Assembly: GCA_049323935.1 (NCBI GenBank)
Contig: JBMONN010000037.1
Span: forward strand, 63,476-127,475
DNA length: 64,000 nucleotides
Direction of reading: 5' to 3'
Source of the DNA: Thermodesulfobacteriota bacterium
GTDB taxonomy: Bacteria > Desulfobacterota > Desulfobulbia > Desulfobulbales > SURF-16
Position numbers and translations under genes: made by a program. The notes below the pieces were generated by a model. The model saw nothing but the letters and a program-made list of their open reading frames with translations. It was not told where the DNA came from and made no database searches. Positions 52,093 to 59,775 of this stretch are shown in pieces (the stretch's first letter is position 1; every line of letters starts with the position of its first letter).

Positions 52093-52892
52093 TGATGGAA
52101 AAACATCGTTACGCCGGCCCCGGCAGGGTCGTTCAGATCGAGAGGGTAGGGGACATCTGCACCATGGAACTTTCCTGTCCGGAAATATGCGCCTCGGCAC
52201 TGCCGGGACAGTTTGTCATGGTGAGAACAAACGATGACACGAGCAGCGATCCCCTCCTGCCGCGGCCCTTTTCCATTCATCGGCGCTCAGGGGCACGACT
52301 GATCATCATCTTCAAGATCATGGGTCGCGGCACCGACCGTCTTGCCAGACTACAACCGGGAAAGGAAGTACAGATAGTCGGGCCCCTCGGCAACGGATTC
52401 ACCATCGAGATCGGGATGGAGCGGCATCTTCTGGTTGGCGGCGGAATGGGCATTGCTCCGTTGCACTTTCTCGCGGAAACCATCCGGCAACAACGGGCCG
52501 CAACATCGATCACCGTTCTGCTCGGCGCCCGCACCGCAGCAGAACTGGAGCCATTTAACGGCATCAGAGATCTGCCGGGAATTTTCATCACCAAGGCAAC
52601 TGACGATGGCAGCGCAGGCCACCACGGCTTTGTCACCGATCTGCTCGCAAGCGCCCTGGCCGACACGACACCAGCCACCGTATACTGCTGCGGCCCCCAA
52701 CCGATGATGGCAAAAGTGGCGGAGATATGCCGGGCCCGCCAGACGCCCTGCCAGGTCTCCCTGGAGGCACACATGGCCTGTGGAATAGGCGCCTGTCTTG
52801 GCTGCGCTCTGCCAGGACGGGAAAAGGAGAAAAACTATCTGCATGTCTGTATCGAGGGGCCGGTGTTCACGGCGGAGAGGATATGGCCATGA
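52089..52892 (+). CDS. pyrK: Dihydroorotate dehydrogenase (type 1B) electron-transfer subunit
   Basis: 267 aa with an FNR-like fold (RPFSI) and a C-terminal 2Fe-2S motif C..GIGACLGC. ATGA overlap with the parB stop. Confidence 0.88.
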   Translation: MMMEKHRYAGPGRVVQIERVGDICTMELSCPEICASALPGQFVMVRTNDDTSSDPLLPRPFSIHRRSGARLIIIFKIMGRGTDRLARLQPGKEVQIVGPLGNGFTIEIGMERHLLVGGGMGIAPLHFLAETIRQQRAATSITVLLGARTAAELEPFNGIRDLPGIFITKATDDGSAGHHGFVTDLLASALADTTPATVYCCGPQPMMAKVAEICRARQTPCQVSLEAHMACGIGACLGCALPGREKEKNYLHVCIEGPVFTAERIWP

Positions 52893-53803
52893 GACCCGAC
52901 CTCTCTGTCGATGTAGGTGGACTCACCCTGCAAAATCCCATCATGACAGCCTCCGGCACCTTCGGCTACGGCAAGGAGTTCAGCGACTTTGTCGATTTGG
53001 ACAGGCTTGGCGCCATTGTCGTCAAAGGCGTTTCCCTTTATCCGCGACCCGGCAACCCACCCCCGCGGGTTGTGGAAACCGCCTGTGGCATGCTTAATGC
53101 TATTGGCCTCGAAAATGGCGGCCTCGACACCTTTCTCACCGAAAAAATACCATATCTCAACCGGCTGCGCTGTGCTGTCGTCGTCAATATCCTCGGCGAC
53201 AGCGTGGAGGAGTACTGCCAACTGGCCGAGCGGTTAAGTAATGAATCCGCCATAGCTGCCATTGAGGTCAACATCTCCTGTCCTAACGTCAAACAGGGTG
53301 GAGTTGCATTCGGCACCGACGCGACCATGGTGGAGACGGTGACAAAACAGGTCAGCCGCCACTCCAGCAAACCGGTTATCATCAAGCTCTCCCCAAATGT
53401 CACCGATATCGTCGCCATGGCCAAGGCGGCAGAACAGGGGGGAGCAACAGCAGTGAGCCTGATCAACACCCTGCTCGGCATGGCCATTGATATCCACAAC
53501 CGTCGACCGAAGCTTGCCAATGTGGTAGGCGGTCTTTCCGGCCCGGCCATCAAACCGGTGGCCCTGCGGATGGTGTGGCAGGTGGCGCGCCAAGTGCAGA
53601 TACCAGTGATCGGGATCGGCGGCATCATGAACATCGAAGATGTCATCGAATTTCTGCTGGCCGGGGCCAGCGCGGTGCAGATCGGCACCGCCAACCTGAT
53701 CAACCCGGCAATTTCCGGAAATCTGGTTCAGGAATTGGCCTATCACCTGTCACACCATGGCATTGCTGATGTGCGGGATCTCATCGGCGCTGTCCTCACC
53801 TGA
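52889..53803 (+). CDS. pyrD: Dihydroorotate dehydrogenase (type 1B) catalytic subunit
   Basis: NPIMTASGTFGYG, NISCPN and GIGGI motifs. ATGA overlap with the pyrK stop; an alternative ATG lies at 52883. Confidence 0.93.
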   Translation: MRPDLSVDVGGLTLQNPIMTASGTFGYGKEFSDFVDLDRLGAIVVKGVSLYPRPGNPPPRVVETACGMLNAIGLENGGLDTFLTEKIPYLNRLRCAVVVNILGDSVEEYCQLAERLSNESAIAAIEVNISCPNVKQGGVAFGTDATMVETVTKQVSRHSSKPVIIKLSPNVTDIVAMAKAAEQGGATAVSLINTLLGMAIDIHNRRPKLANVVGGLSGPAIKPVALRMVWQVARQVQIPVIGIGGIMNIEDVIEFLLAGASAVQIGTANLINPAISGNLVQELAYHLSHHGIADVRDLIGAVLT

Positions 53804-53807
53804 ACGC

Positions 53808-54050
53808 ATGGAACTGCTGCGCCGCCTCATCTGGTATCTGAAAATCATGATCGACAGCAGAACCCCCTGGTCGGCCAGAATGCTGTTTGTCGCCGCCGTG
53901 ATTTACCTGCTGGTGCCCACCGATGCCATTCCGGACGTCCTATTCGGCTTCGGCCTGATCGATGACGCCACCCTCGCCGCATTGCTGATATGGATGAGCC
54001 TGCGCCTGGTGCCGGACAACGTCCTGCAAGGAATGAAAAATGAGAAATAA
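53808..54050 (+). CDS. DUF1232 (YkvA-like) small membrane protein
   Basis: YLLVPTDAIPDVLFGFGLIDD signature. Start at MELLRR (ATG 53808). Confidence 0.65.
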   Translation: MELLRRLIWYLKIMIDSRTPWSARMLFVAAVIYLLVPTDAIPDVLFGFGLIDDATLAALLIWMSLRLVPDNVLQGMKNEK

Positions 54051-54777
54051 CGAGGCCGACATTCTGGCCATTCTCTATCGGCATCATGCCCAATGGCTGA
54101 AGCGTGAAAACTTTTATTGTCATCAAGGCTGCGCCGCCTGCTGCACAGCGAACGTCATGGTGACAGAATGCGAAGCGGAAGGCATTCTCAAACACGTACG
54201 GTCCACGGGAAAAATCGATTGGTTCGCTGATATGCTCGACAGGGCGCCGGTAACCGCCACCCCGTCCATGACCACCAACGCTGCCGCCCGCATCTGTCTG
54301 CAGCGACTTGATAACGAAACAAATGAAAAAACGGATCCGACGACACTTCCCTGTCCATTACTGGAGGGAAACAACTGCGCCGTCTACCCGGTCCGGCCCT
54401 TTTCCTGCCGAAGCTTCTTTTCCCACAGCAACTGCGCCAGCAGAGGCGAAGCAACCCTGCCGACCCGCATTGTCACGATCAACACGGTGATGCTGCAACT
54501 CATCGAGCACATCGGCCAAGGCAGGATATGGGGGAACCTCATTGAGGTGCTGCGAGTGCTGTGTTGCAGACCGGAACAGGCGGATATCCTGAAACGAATG
54601 AAAAAAAAAGAAAGAATCAGAACGGCGCACGAAAAAGTTCTGTACGCGGAAAGGATACCAGGATTCCTCCTCCTGCCGGAGGAGGAAAGGGAAATAAGTG
54701 ACCTGCTGGCTGTCATTGCCAGAGAAAAAATCGGCAATGAAATGGTGGGCGATATCATAAACCGATTGGGGCGTTGA
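54040..54777 (+). CDS. YkgJ/UPF0153-family Zn/Fe-S cluster protein (CxxCxxCC)
   Basis: CHQGCAACC plus CPLL..NNCAVYPVRPFSCRSF; 245 aa. Confidence 0.65.
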   Translation: MRNNEADILAILYRHHAQWLKRENFYCHQGCAACCTANVMVTECEAEGILKHVRSTGKIDWFADMLDRAPVTATPSMTTNAAARICLQRLDNETNEKTDPTTLPCPLLEGNNCAVYPVRPFSCRSFFSHSNCASRGEATLPTRIVTINTVMLQLIEHIGQGRIWGNLIEVLRVLCCRPEQADILKRMKKKERIRTAHEKVLYAERIPGFLLLPEEEREISDLLAVIAREKIGNEMVGDIINRLGR

Positions 54778-55473
54778 ATGCTGGCAAAAAAACTGGTTCC
54801 GCAAATAAACTGGAAAAACATTGAGACAGTGCTGCTTGACATGGACGGCACCCTGCTCGATCGTCATTTTGACGATTATTTCTGGGAGGAGCATGTCCCG
54901 GAAATCTATGCTAGGGAACACAATATCAATTTCTGGCAGGCCTATGAAGAGCTGATGACAAAATACAAAAGCCACGAAGGAAGCCTGAAATGGACCGACA
55001 TTGACTACTGGTCAACCGAACTTGGACTCGACATTGCCGACATGAAGCGAAGGCTGCACCATCTCATCCAGGTGCACCCATATGTCATCGATTTTCTCGA
55101 ATACTGCCGGCAAATGGAGAAGAAAATCTACCTGGTTACCAACGCCCACAGCCGCACCATCTCCATCAAAATGGCTAAAACCGCCATCGAATCGCACTTT
55201 GATAAAATCGTCTGCTCGGAAGAGGTGGGCATTGCCAAGGAAGACCCGCAATTCTGGGGAAAACTGCATAACTTTATTGCCTTTGACAAAAACACCACTA
55301 TGCTCGCTGACGACAACGAAAAAGTCTTGGCAAGTGCCGCAACCTACGGCATCAGTGCACTGATCTATGTGGCGAAATCGAGCAGTACCAGACCAGTAGT
55401 CTATTCAAAGACATTTCCGTCCATCATCTTTTTCAAGGAACTGATGGAACTTGAGGGGGAAAAACCTGCATAA
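54778..55473 (+). CDS. HAD-family GMP/IMP nucleotidase YrfG-like
   Basis: VLLDMDGTLLDRHFDDYFW...YWSTELGLDI...LVTNAH...ADDNEKVL closely parallels my recollection of E. coli YrfG. Confidence 0.7.
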   Translation: MLAKKLVPQINWKNIETVLLDMDGTLLDRHFDDYFWEEHVPEIYAREHNINFWQAYEELMTKYKSHEGSLKWTDIDYWSTELGLDIADMKRRLHHLIQVHPYVIDFLEYCRQMEKKIYLVTNAHSRTISIKMAKTAIESHFDKIVCSEEVGIAKEDPQFWGKLHNFIAFDKNTTMLADDNEKVLASAATYGISALIYVAKSSSTRPVVYSKTFPSIIFFKELMELEGEKPA

Positions 55474-55515
55474 CGGAAAGAGCGGTTGACGTGGGATGGC
55501 AGACGGGGCGTCGAC

Positions 55516-56295
55516 TCAGCTGCCCGTTAGAGGAACCAGTTCGATGCCGCCCCAGATGCCGAGCTGGTCACGGTGAACTATCACCACCCCGATCAGTCCG
55601 GGAAGGGCACGGGCAACGGCCAGGGCATGATCGATATCGGTTCGCGCCTTCATCTCGTTGCCGATCCGGGTGGCAGCTGCATCGGCCAGGGGCGTCGAGC
55701 GCGCCAGCACCGTAACCGAGTCGGCCTGTCCGAAGCTCAGCGAGTGACCAATCGTTCCGGATGAGGTGCAGACGCCGAGGGGCATGAGGGCGGTCGAAAT
55801 CCGGATACCGATCCTGTTACTGAGCGGCGAGGCACCGGCATAAATTGCTACAGAGCAGGACCGCTGGCGCGAGAGAAAAATGTCACCGCCGTTTTCAACG
55901 AGAATTTCGCCGGTTATCCCGGAGTGGATCAGATCGGTTCCGACATATTCAGCGATGGCGCCGGCCACCGCCGCCATCGGACCAACGCCAGCGATCCTGC
56001 CGGCCCAAAGCATGGCGCGAGCGATCGGACAGGCTAATGTGTCCTCCGGCAAAGGAACAAGAGATGAGAGAAAATCGGGAAAACGGGATATATAGCCCTC
56101 GAGCTGGGATCGGTAATGGAGCACCAGCCTAGTCGCTTCCTCCCGGACATCATGATCCGCCAGGATGAGCAGATCGGTCTCACAGACTGTCACCCGGCAA
56201 GGGATCAGGCCGTCGGCAGTCACCCGCTGCCGGTAATGGCGTTCCCGATAAGAAAGGGGGTCTATTCTCTTTTCTTTATTGCGTTTTCTTTTCAT
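55516..56295 (-). CDS. UPF0280 family protein (ApbE-superfamily, COG2122-like)
   Basis: 259 aa, YRERHYRQRV...ETDLLI...AGVGPMAAVAGAIAEYVG. Confidence 0.65.
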   Translation of the reverse strand: MKRKRNKEKRIDPLSYRERHYRQRVTADGLIPCRVTVCETDLLILADHDVREEATRLVLHYRSQLEGYISRFPDFLSSLVPLPEDTLACPIARAMLWAGRIAGVGPMAAVAGAIAEYVGTDLIHSGITGEILVENGGDIFLSRQRSCSVAIYAGASPLSNRIGIRISTALMPLGVCTSSGTIGHSLSFGQADSVTVLARSTPLADAAATRIGNEMKARTDIDHALAVARALPGLIGVVIVHRDQLGIWGGIELVPLTGS

Positions 56296-56343
56296 GGTCC
56301 GTGATCAACGAGGTAACCAGAGACAGGAACAACAGCGGCCAGG

Positions 56344-56997
56344 ATGAGACTACCAAATCTTCCCCTCGAAACGCTATTACTATTTACCCGCTACCCGCGC
56401 CCGGGTTTGGTCAAAACGCGGCTGATCCCGGCCTTGGGCGCAGAAGGGGCGGCCAGACTCCAGCAACGGATGACTGAACTGATGTATAGACAGGTCCTGG
56501 CAATGAAGGAAAAGCGGGGGCTGCGGGTCGAAGTTTATTTCGACGGGGGTTCAACTAAAGAAGTCCGAAGGTGGGTGCCGATCGGATGCGCCGCCAAAAA
56601 ACAAAGTGGGGGAGATCTAGGCATGCGGATGCGCCATGCGGTCAACTCGGCATTTGCCTGCGATGCTGCCCGCACCGTCATCATCGGCGCTGATTGCCCC
56701 TTTCTCACCGTAGAATTGCTTGACGAGGCCTTTAACCTGCTGCGGACGTGGGATGCGGTGATCGGCCCGGCCCATGACGGCGGCTACTACCTGCTCGGCC
56801 TGAGCAGACCGGCTGATCTTCTGTGGGAGAACATCAACTGGGGAGGGGAAAGTGTTCTGCGGCAGACGATGGACAAGTGCAAAGCGCACAGCATAACCGT
56901 TGCCATGCTGCCACCGCTGCCCGACATCGACCGTCCGGAAGATCTGGCCCTGCTGGCAAATGACTTCCCCGAACTTCTCACCGGGCTCGACATCTGA
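56344..56997 (+). CDS. DUF2064 / TIGR04282-like nucleotidyl(glycosyl)transferase ('transferase 1, rSAM/selenodomain-associated')
   Basis: LLFTRYPRPGLVKTRLIPALGAEGAARL N-terminus and GPAHDGGYYLLG. Confidence 0.7.
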   Translation: MRLPNLPLETLLLFTRYPRPGLVKTRLIPALGAEGAARLQQRMTELMYRQVLAMKEKRGLRVEVYFDGGSTKEVRRWVPIGCAAKKQSGGDLGMRMRHAVNSAFACDAARTVIIGADCPFLTVELLDEAFNLLRTWDAVIGPAHDGGYYLLGLSRPADLLWENINWGGESVLRQTMDKCKAHSITVAMLPPLPDIDRPEDLALLANDFPELLTGLDI

Positions 56998-57002
56998 CAA
57001 TA

Positions 57003-57773
57003 ATGGACAGGAAAAAGCCGATAGTTACTATAATCATTCCAGTGTACAACGAAGAGGAGAATATCGGCAGCACCCTACATTCTCTGGGGAGCGCTCAGGG
57101 TCTGGAAATCGTGGTCGTTGACGGCGGCAGCTCCGACCGAACCAGGGATATCGCAGCACAGCACGGGGCCATGGTGATGGAAACGGAAAAAGGCCGGGCC
57201 AGGCAAATGAACGTCGGTGCGGCAGCGGCAAGGGGCGATATCCTGCTGTTTCTCCATGGCGACACACGTCTGCCAAATGAATTCATGGCAGCAGTGGAAG
57301 AGACCATGACATCGGGGAAATGGCTTGCCGGGGCGTTTCGCCTGGGTATCGATGGGTCAGGCGTCGGGCTGCGCTTGATCGCCAAACTGGCAAACCTTCG
57401 CGCTCGTATGCTGGGGCTGCCATACGGCGATCAGGGCCTCTTTCTGAAAAGAGTGGATTTTATTGAACTCGGTGGATATCCGGAGCTGCCGATCATGGAA
57501 GACTTCTGCCTGGTTCGAGGTCTTCGAAAAAAAGGGAGGATCAGACTGCTAGCAGAAACCGCCCTGACCTCGGACCGACGATGGCGCCAACTGGGCATAT
57601 TACGAACAACACTGCTCAATCAGCTGATGGTTGCGGGGTTTTTACTCGGTGCCGCTCCGGACCGGCTTGCCCGTTTGTACCGGGGAATCAGACAAGGGAA
57701 CGATGGCGGGCGGCCGGGGCCAGAGGGAGTCGCGGAGCTGGCGGTCGCGAATGAGGATGAGCAACAATTGTGA
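57003..57773 (+). CDS. Family-2 glycosyltransferase, TIGR04283-like ('transferase 2, rSAM/selenodomain-associated')
   Basis: VTIIIPVYNEEENI, VVVDGGSSDRT, GRARQMNVGAAAARGDILLFLHGDTRLP. The last approx. 44 codons overlap the 3' end of convergent cvpA. Confidence 0.72.
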   Translation: MDRKKPIVTIIIPVYNEEENIGSTLHSLGSAQGLEIVVVDGGSSDRTRDIAAQHGAMVMETEKGRARQMNVGAAAARGDILLFLHGDTRLPNEFMAAVEETMTSGKWLAGAFRLGIDGSGVGLRLIAKLANLRARMLGLPYGDQGLFLKRVDFIELGGYPELPIMEDFCLVRGLRKKGRIRLLAETALTSDRRWRQLGILRTTLLNQLMVAGFLLGAAPDRLARLYRGIRQGNDGGRPGPEGVAELAVANEDEQQL

Positions 57774-58205
57774 GCCGTTTTCCAGATAGGGATAAAGGGA
57801 CGAGCTGCGAAAAAAAGGATGGGAGCCCGAGACGACGAGACCTGCAGACATAACCAACAGACAGGAGAGCAGTGCTGCCTTGGCGATGCCGAAAACACCG
57901 CCCAGCATCCGGTCAAACCAGCCAAGCAGAGAGAGGGTGACGACCTGGCGAAGAAAAAAGCCGATCAGGATGACGGCCCCGAAGGCGGCTGCAAAAAGAA
58001 CCAGATACGCAATAAAAAAACCGAGCTGAGGGTCACGGACAAAAGGAGTGACAAAAGCGGCCGATTCGCCATAATAACGGCCGGCAATGACAAATCCCAG
58101 CACCAGCGCCGCGATGGAGGCGAGCTGTCGGACAAAGCCGATCCAGATTCCTCTGACAAGAAAAACGGCAACTATAAAAATGATGATGAAATCAAGCATG
58201 GACAT
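57642..58205 (-). CDS. cvpA: CvpA-family membrane protein
   Basis: MLDFIIIFIVAVFLVRGIWIGFVRQL N-terminus and four TM helices. Start set at MSMLDF (ATG 58205). Confidence 0.8.
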   Translation of the reverse strand: MSMLDFIIIFIVAVFLVRGIWIGFVRQLASIAALVLGFVIAGRYYGESAAFVTPFVRDPQLGFFIAYLVLFAAAFGAVILIGFFLRQVVTLSLLGWFDRMLGGVFGIAKAALLSCLLVMSAGLVVSGSHPFFRSSSLYPYLENGSQLLLILIRDRQLRDSLWPRPPAIVPLSDSPVQTGKPVRSGTE

Positions 58206-58252
58206 GACGTGGCACCCTACCAGCAAAAATTGCATCCACTATACCCGCAATA

Positions 58253-59083
58253 ATGGATAAGAACAAAAGAAAAAGGGGAACACTGCCACTGTGCGACGGC
58301 ACAGCTCTTACCCGGCAGGCCTGGCCGTCGGTGACGGAATTGTCGCAGCAGTTCACCCTTGCTATCGTCGACTTGGCCCGATTGCAAACCCTTCTGGCCC
58401 GGACGACGGCAACCGTCGTCGACTCAGGGTGGCTGACCGACGTTGAAATGCACCAGTTCGCCTGCTATAACCTTGAAAAAAGAAAAATCGAATGGCTGGG
58501 TGGACGGCTGGCGGCAAAATATGCGGCTCTGCAAACAGGCGGCATCACGATCAACATCGCAACAGGAGCGGACATGGGAAAAATGATTGCGATTGTGCCG
58601 AACGGAACAGGAAAACCGGAGATCAGCTGGCAAGACGGCCATTCTCCCAACTGTCGGCTGCACGTATCGATTTCGCACGGCGGCAGGCGGGCGGGGGCCC
58701 TCGTGGCCGACAGACCCTGCGGCATCGATATCCAGTCCATAACCCCGACGGTGGAACGGGTCCAGGAACGATTTGTTTACGCCGATGACAGGCAGGCACT
58801 AAACGCAATCGACAGACTCTACGGCATCCAGGCAGCCCTCACCGCCATCTGGTCTGCCAAAGAGGCGGTGAAAAAAGCCGCACCAGGGCCGGAAATGCCG
58901 GGCTTCCAGGCCATTGGCCTCCACGGGTTGCGTCGGGAAGCACGGGGACTGCAGATGTCTGCAACTGTTGCGGCGGCAAACGGGAGAGAGGAGATCCTCA
59001 TGCCGGTCTGGTTCAGAAAAAGCGGGGGGACCATGCTGGCCTTTACCATGACAGGCGAGGAGAAAAATGACGAAAATTCGTGA
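58253..59083 (+). CDS. 4'-phosphopantetheinyl transferase superfamily protein (Sfp/EntD type)
   Basis: VSISHGGRRAGALV..GIDIQ and WSAKEAVKKA motifs. Confidence 0.7.
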   Translation: MDKNKRKRGTLPLCDGTALTRQAWPSVTELSQQFTLAIVDLARLQTLLARTTATVVDSGWLTDVEMHQFACYNLEKRKIEWLGGRLAAKYAALQTGGITINIATGADMGKMIAIVPNGTGKPEISWQDGHSPNCRLHVSISHGGRRAGALVADRPCGIDIQSITPTVERVQERFVYADDRQALNAIDRLYGIQAALTAIWSAKEAVKKAAPGPEMPGFQAIGLHGLRREARGLQMSATVAAANGREEILMPVWFRKSGGTMLAFTMTGEEKNDENS

Positions 59084-59756
59084 TCATGTTGCCGCGATCC
59101 CGCTCTTTCAGGGAATGAGCGAAGATCAGTACGACGAACTGGCGATGATCGTCGTCGATCAGGAGGTTGTCCGCGGAGCGCAGATTTTTGCCGAAGGGGA
59201 CCCAGGCAACGGCTTTTTTGTCGTCATCAATGGCCGGGTCAAAATCTTCAAGCTGTCAATGGAGGGCAAGGAGCAAATCCTGCATATATTCGGACCGGGT
59301 GAGCCCTTTGCCGAAGTGGCGGTGTTTACCGGTTCTCCCTATCCTGCCAATGCCATGGCCCTGGAAAAGAGCCGCATCTTCTTTTTTCCGCGCCAGGCCT
59401 TTGTCGAGCTGATCCGCGCCCATCCTTCCCTCGCCATGAACATGCTGGCCACCCTGTCTTTCCGGTTGAAACAATTTACCCACCTGATCGAAACCCTGTC
59501 CCTGAAGGAGGTGCCGGGGCGACTCGCCGCCTATCTTCTGCTGGCCAGGGAGGGGGAAGGCGCAAAAAACCGGGTGAAGCTGGCCGTTTCCCGCACCCAG
59601 CTTGCCAGCCTGCTCGGCACTATCCCGGAAACACTGTCACGCATCCTGACCAGAATGTCCAGCCAAAACCTCATAGCTGTGGAGGGGAGCAGCATCACCA
59701 TTCTCAACGAACAGGCCCTGACCGCGCTGGCGGATGGCGAGACCCGACTCGCTTGA
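59067..59756 (+). CDS. Crp/Fnr-family transcriptional regulator
   Basis: cNMP-binding-type beta-roll (IFAEGDPGNGFFVVINGRVKIF) and a C-terminal HTH (SRTQLASLLGTIPETLSRIL). No N-terminal Fnr Cys cluster. Confidence 0.88.
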   Translation: MTKIRDHVAAIPLFQGMSEDQYDELAMIVVDQEVVRGAQIFAEGDPGNGFFVVINGRVKIFKLSMEGKEQILHIFGPGEPFAEVAVFTGSPYPANAMALEKSRIFFFPRQAFVELIRAHPSLAMNMLATLSFRLKQFTHLIETLSLKEVPGRLAAYLLLAREGEGAKNRVKLAVSRTQLASLLGTIPETLSRILTRMSSQNLIAVEGSSITILNEQALTALADGETRLA

Positions 59757-59775
59757 GAGAGCAGAGATGGACGGA

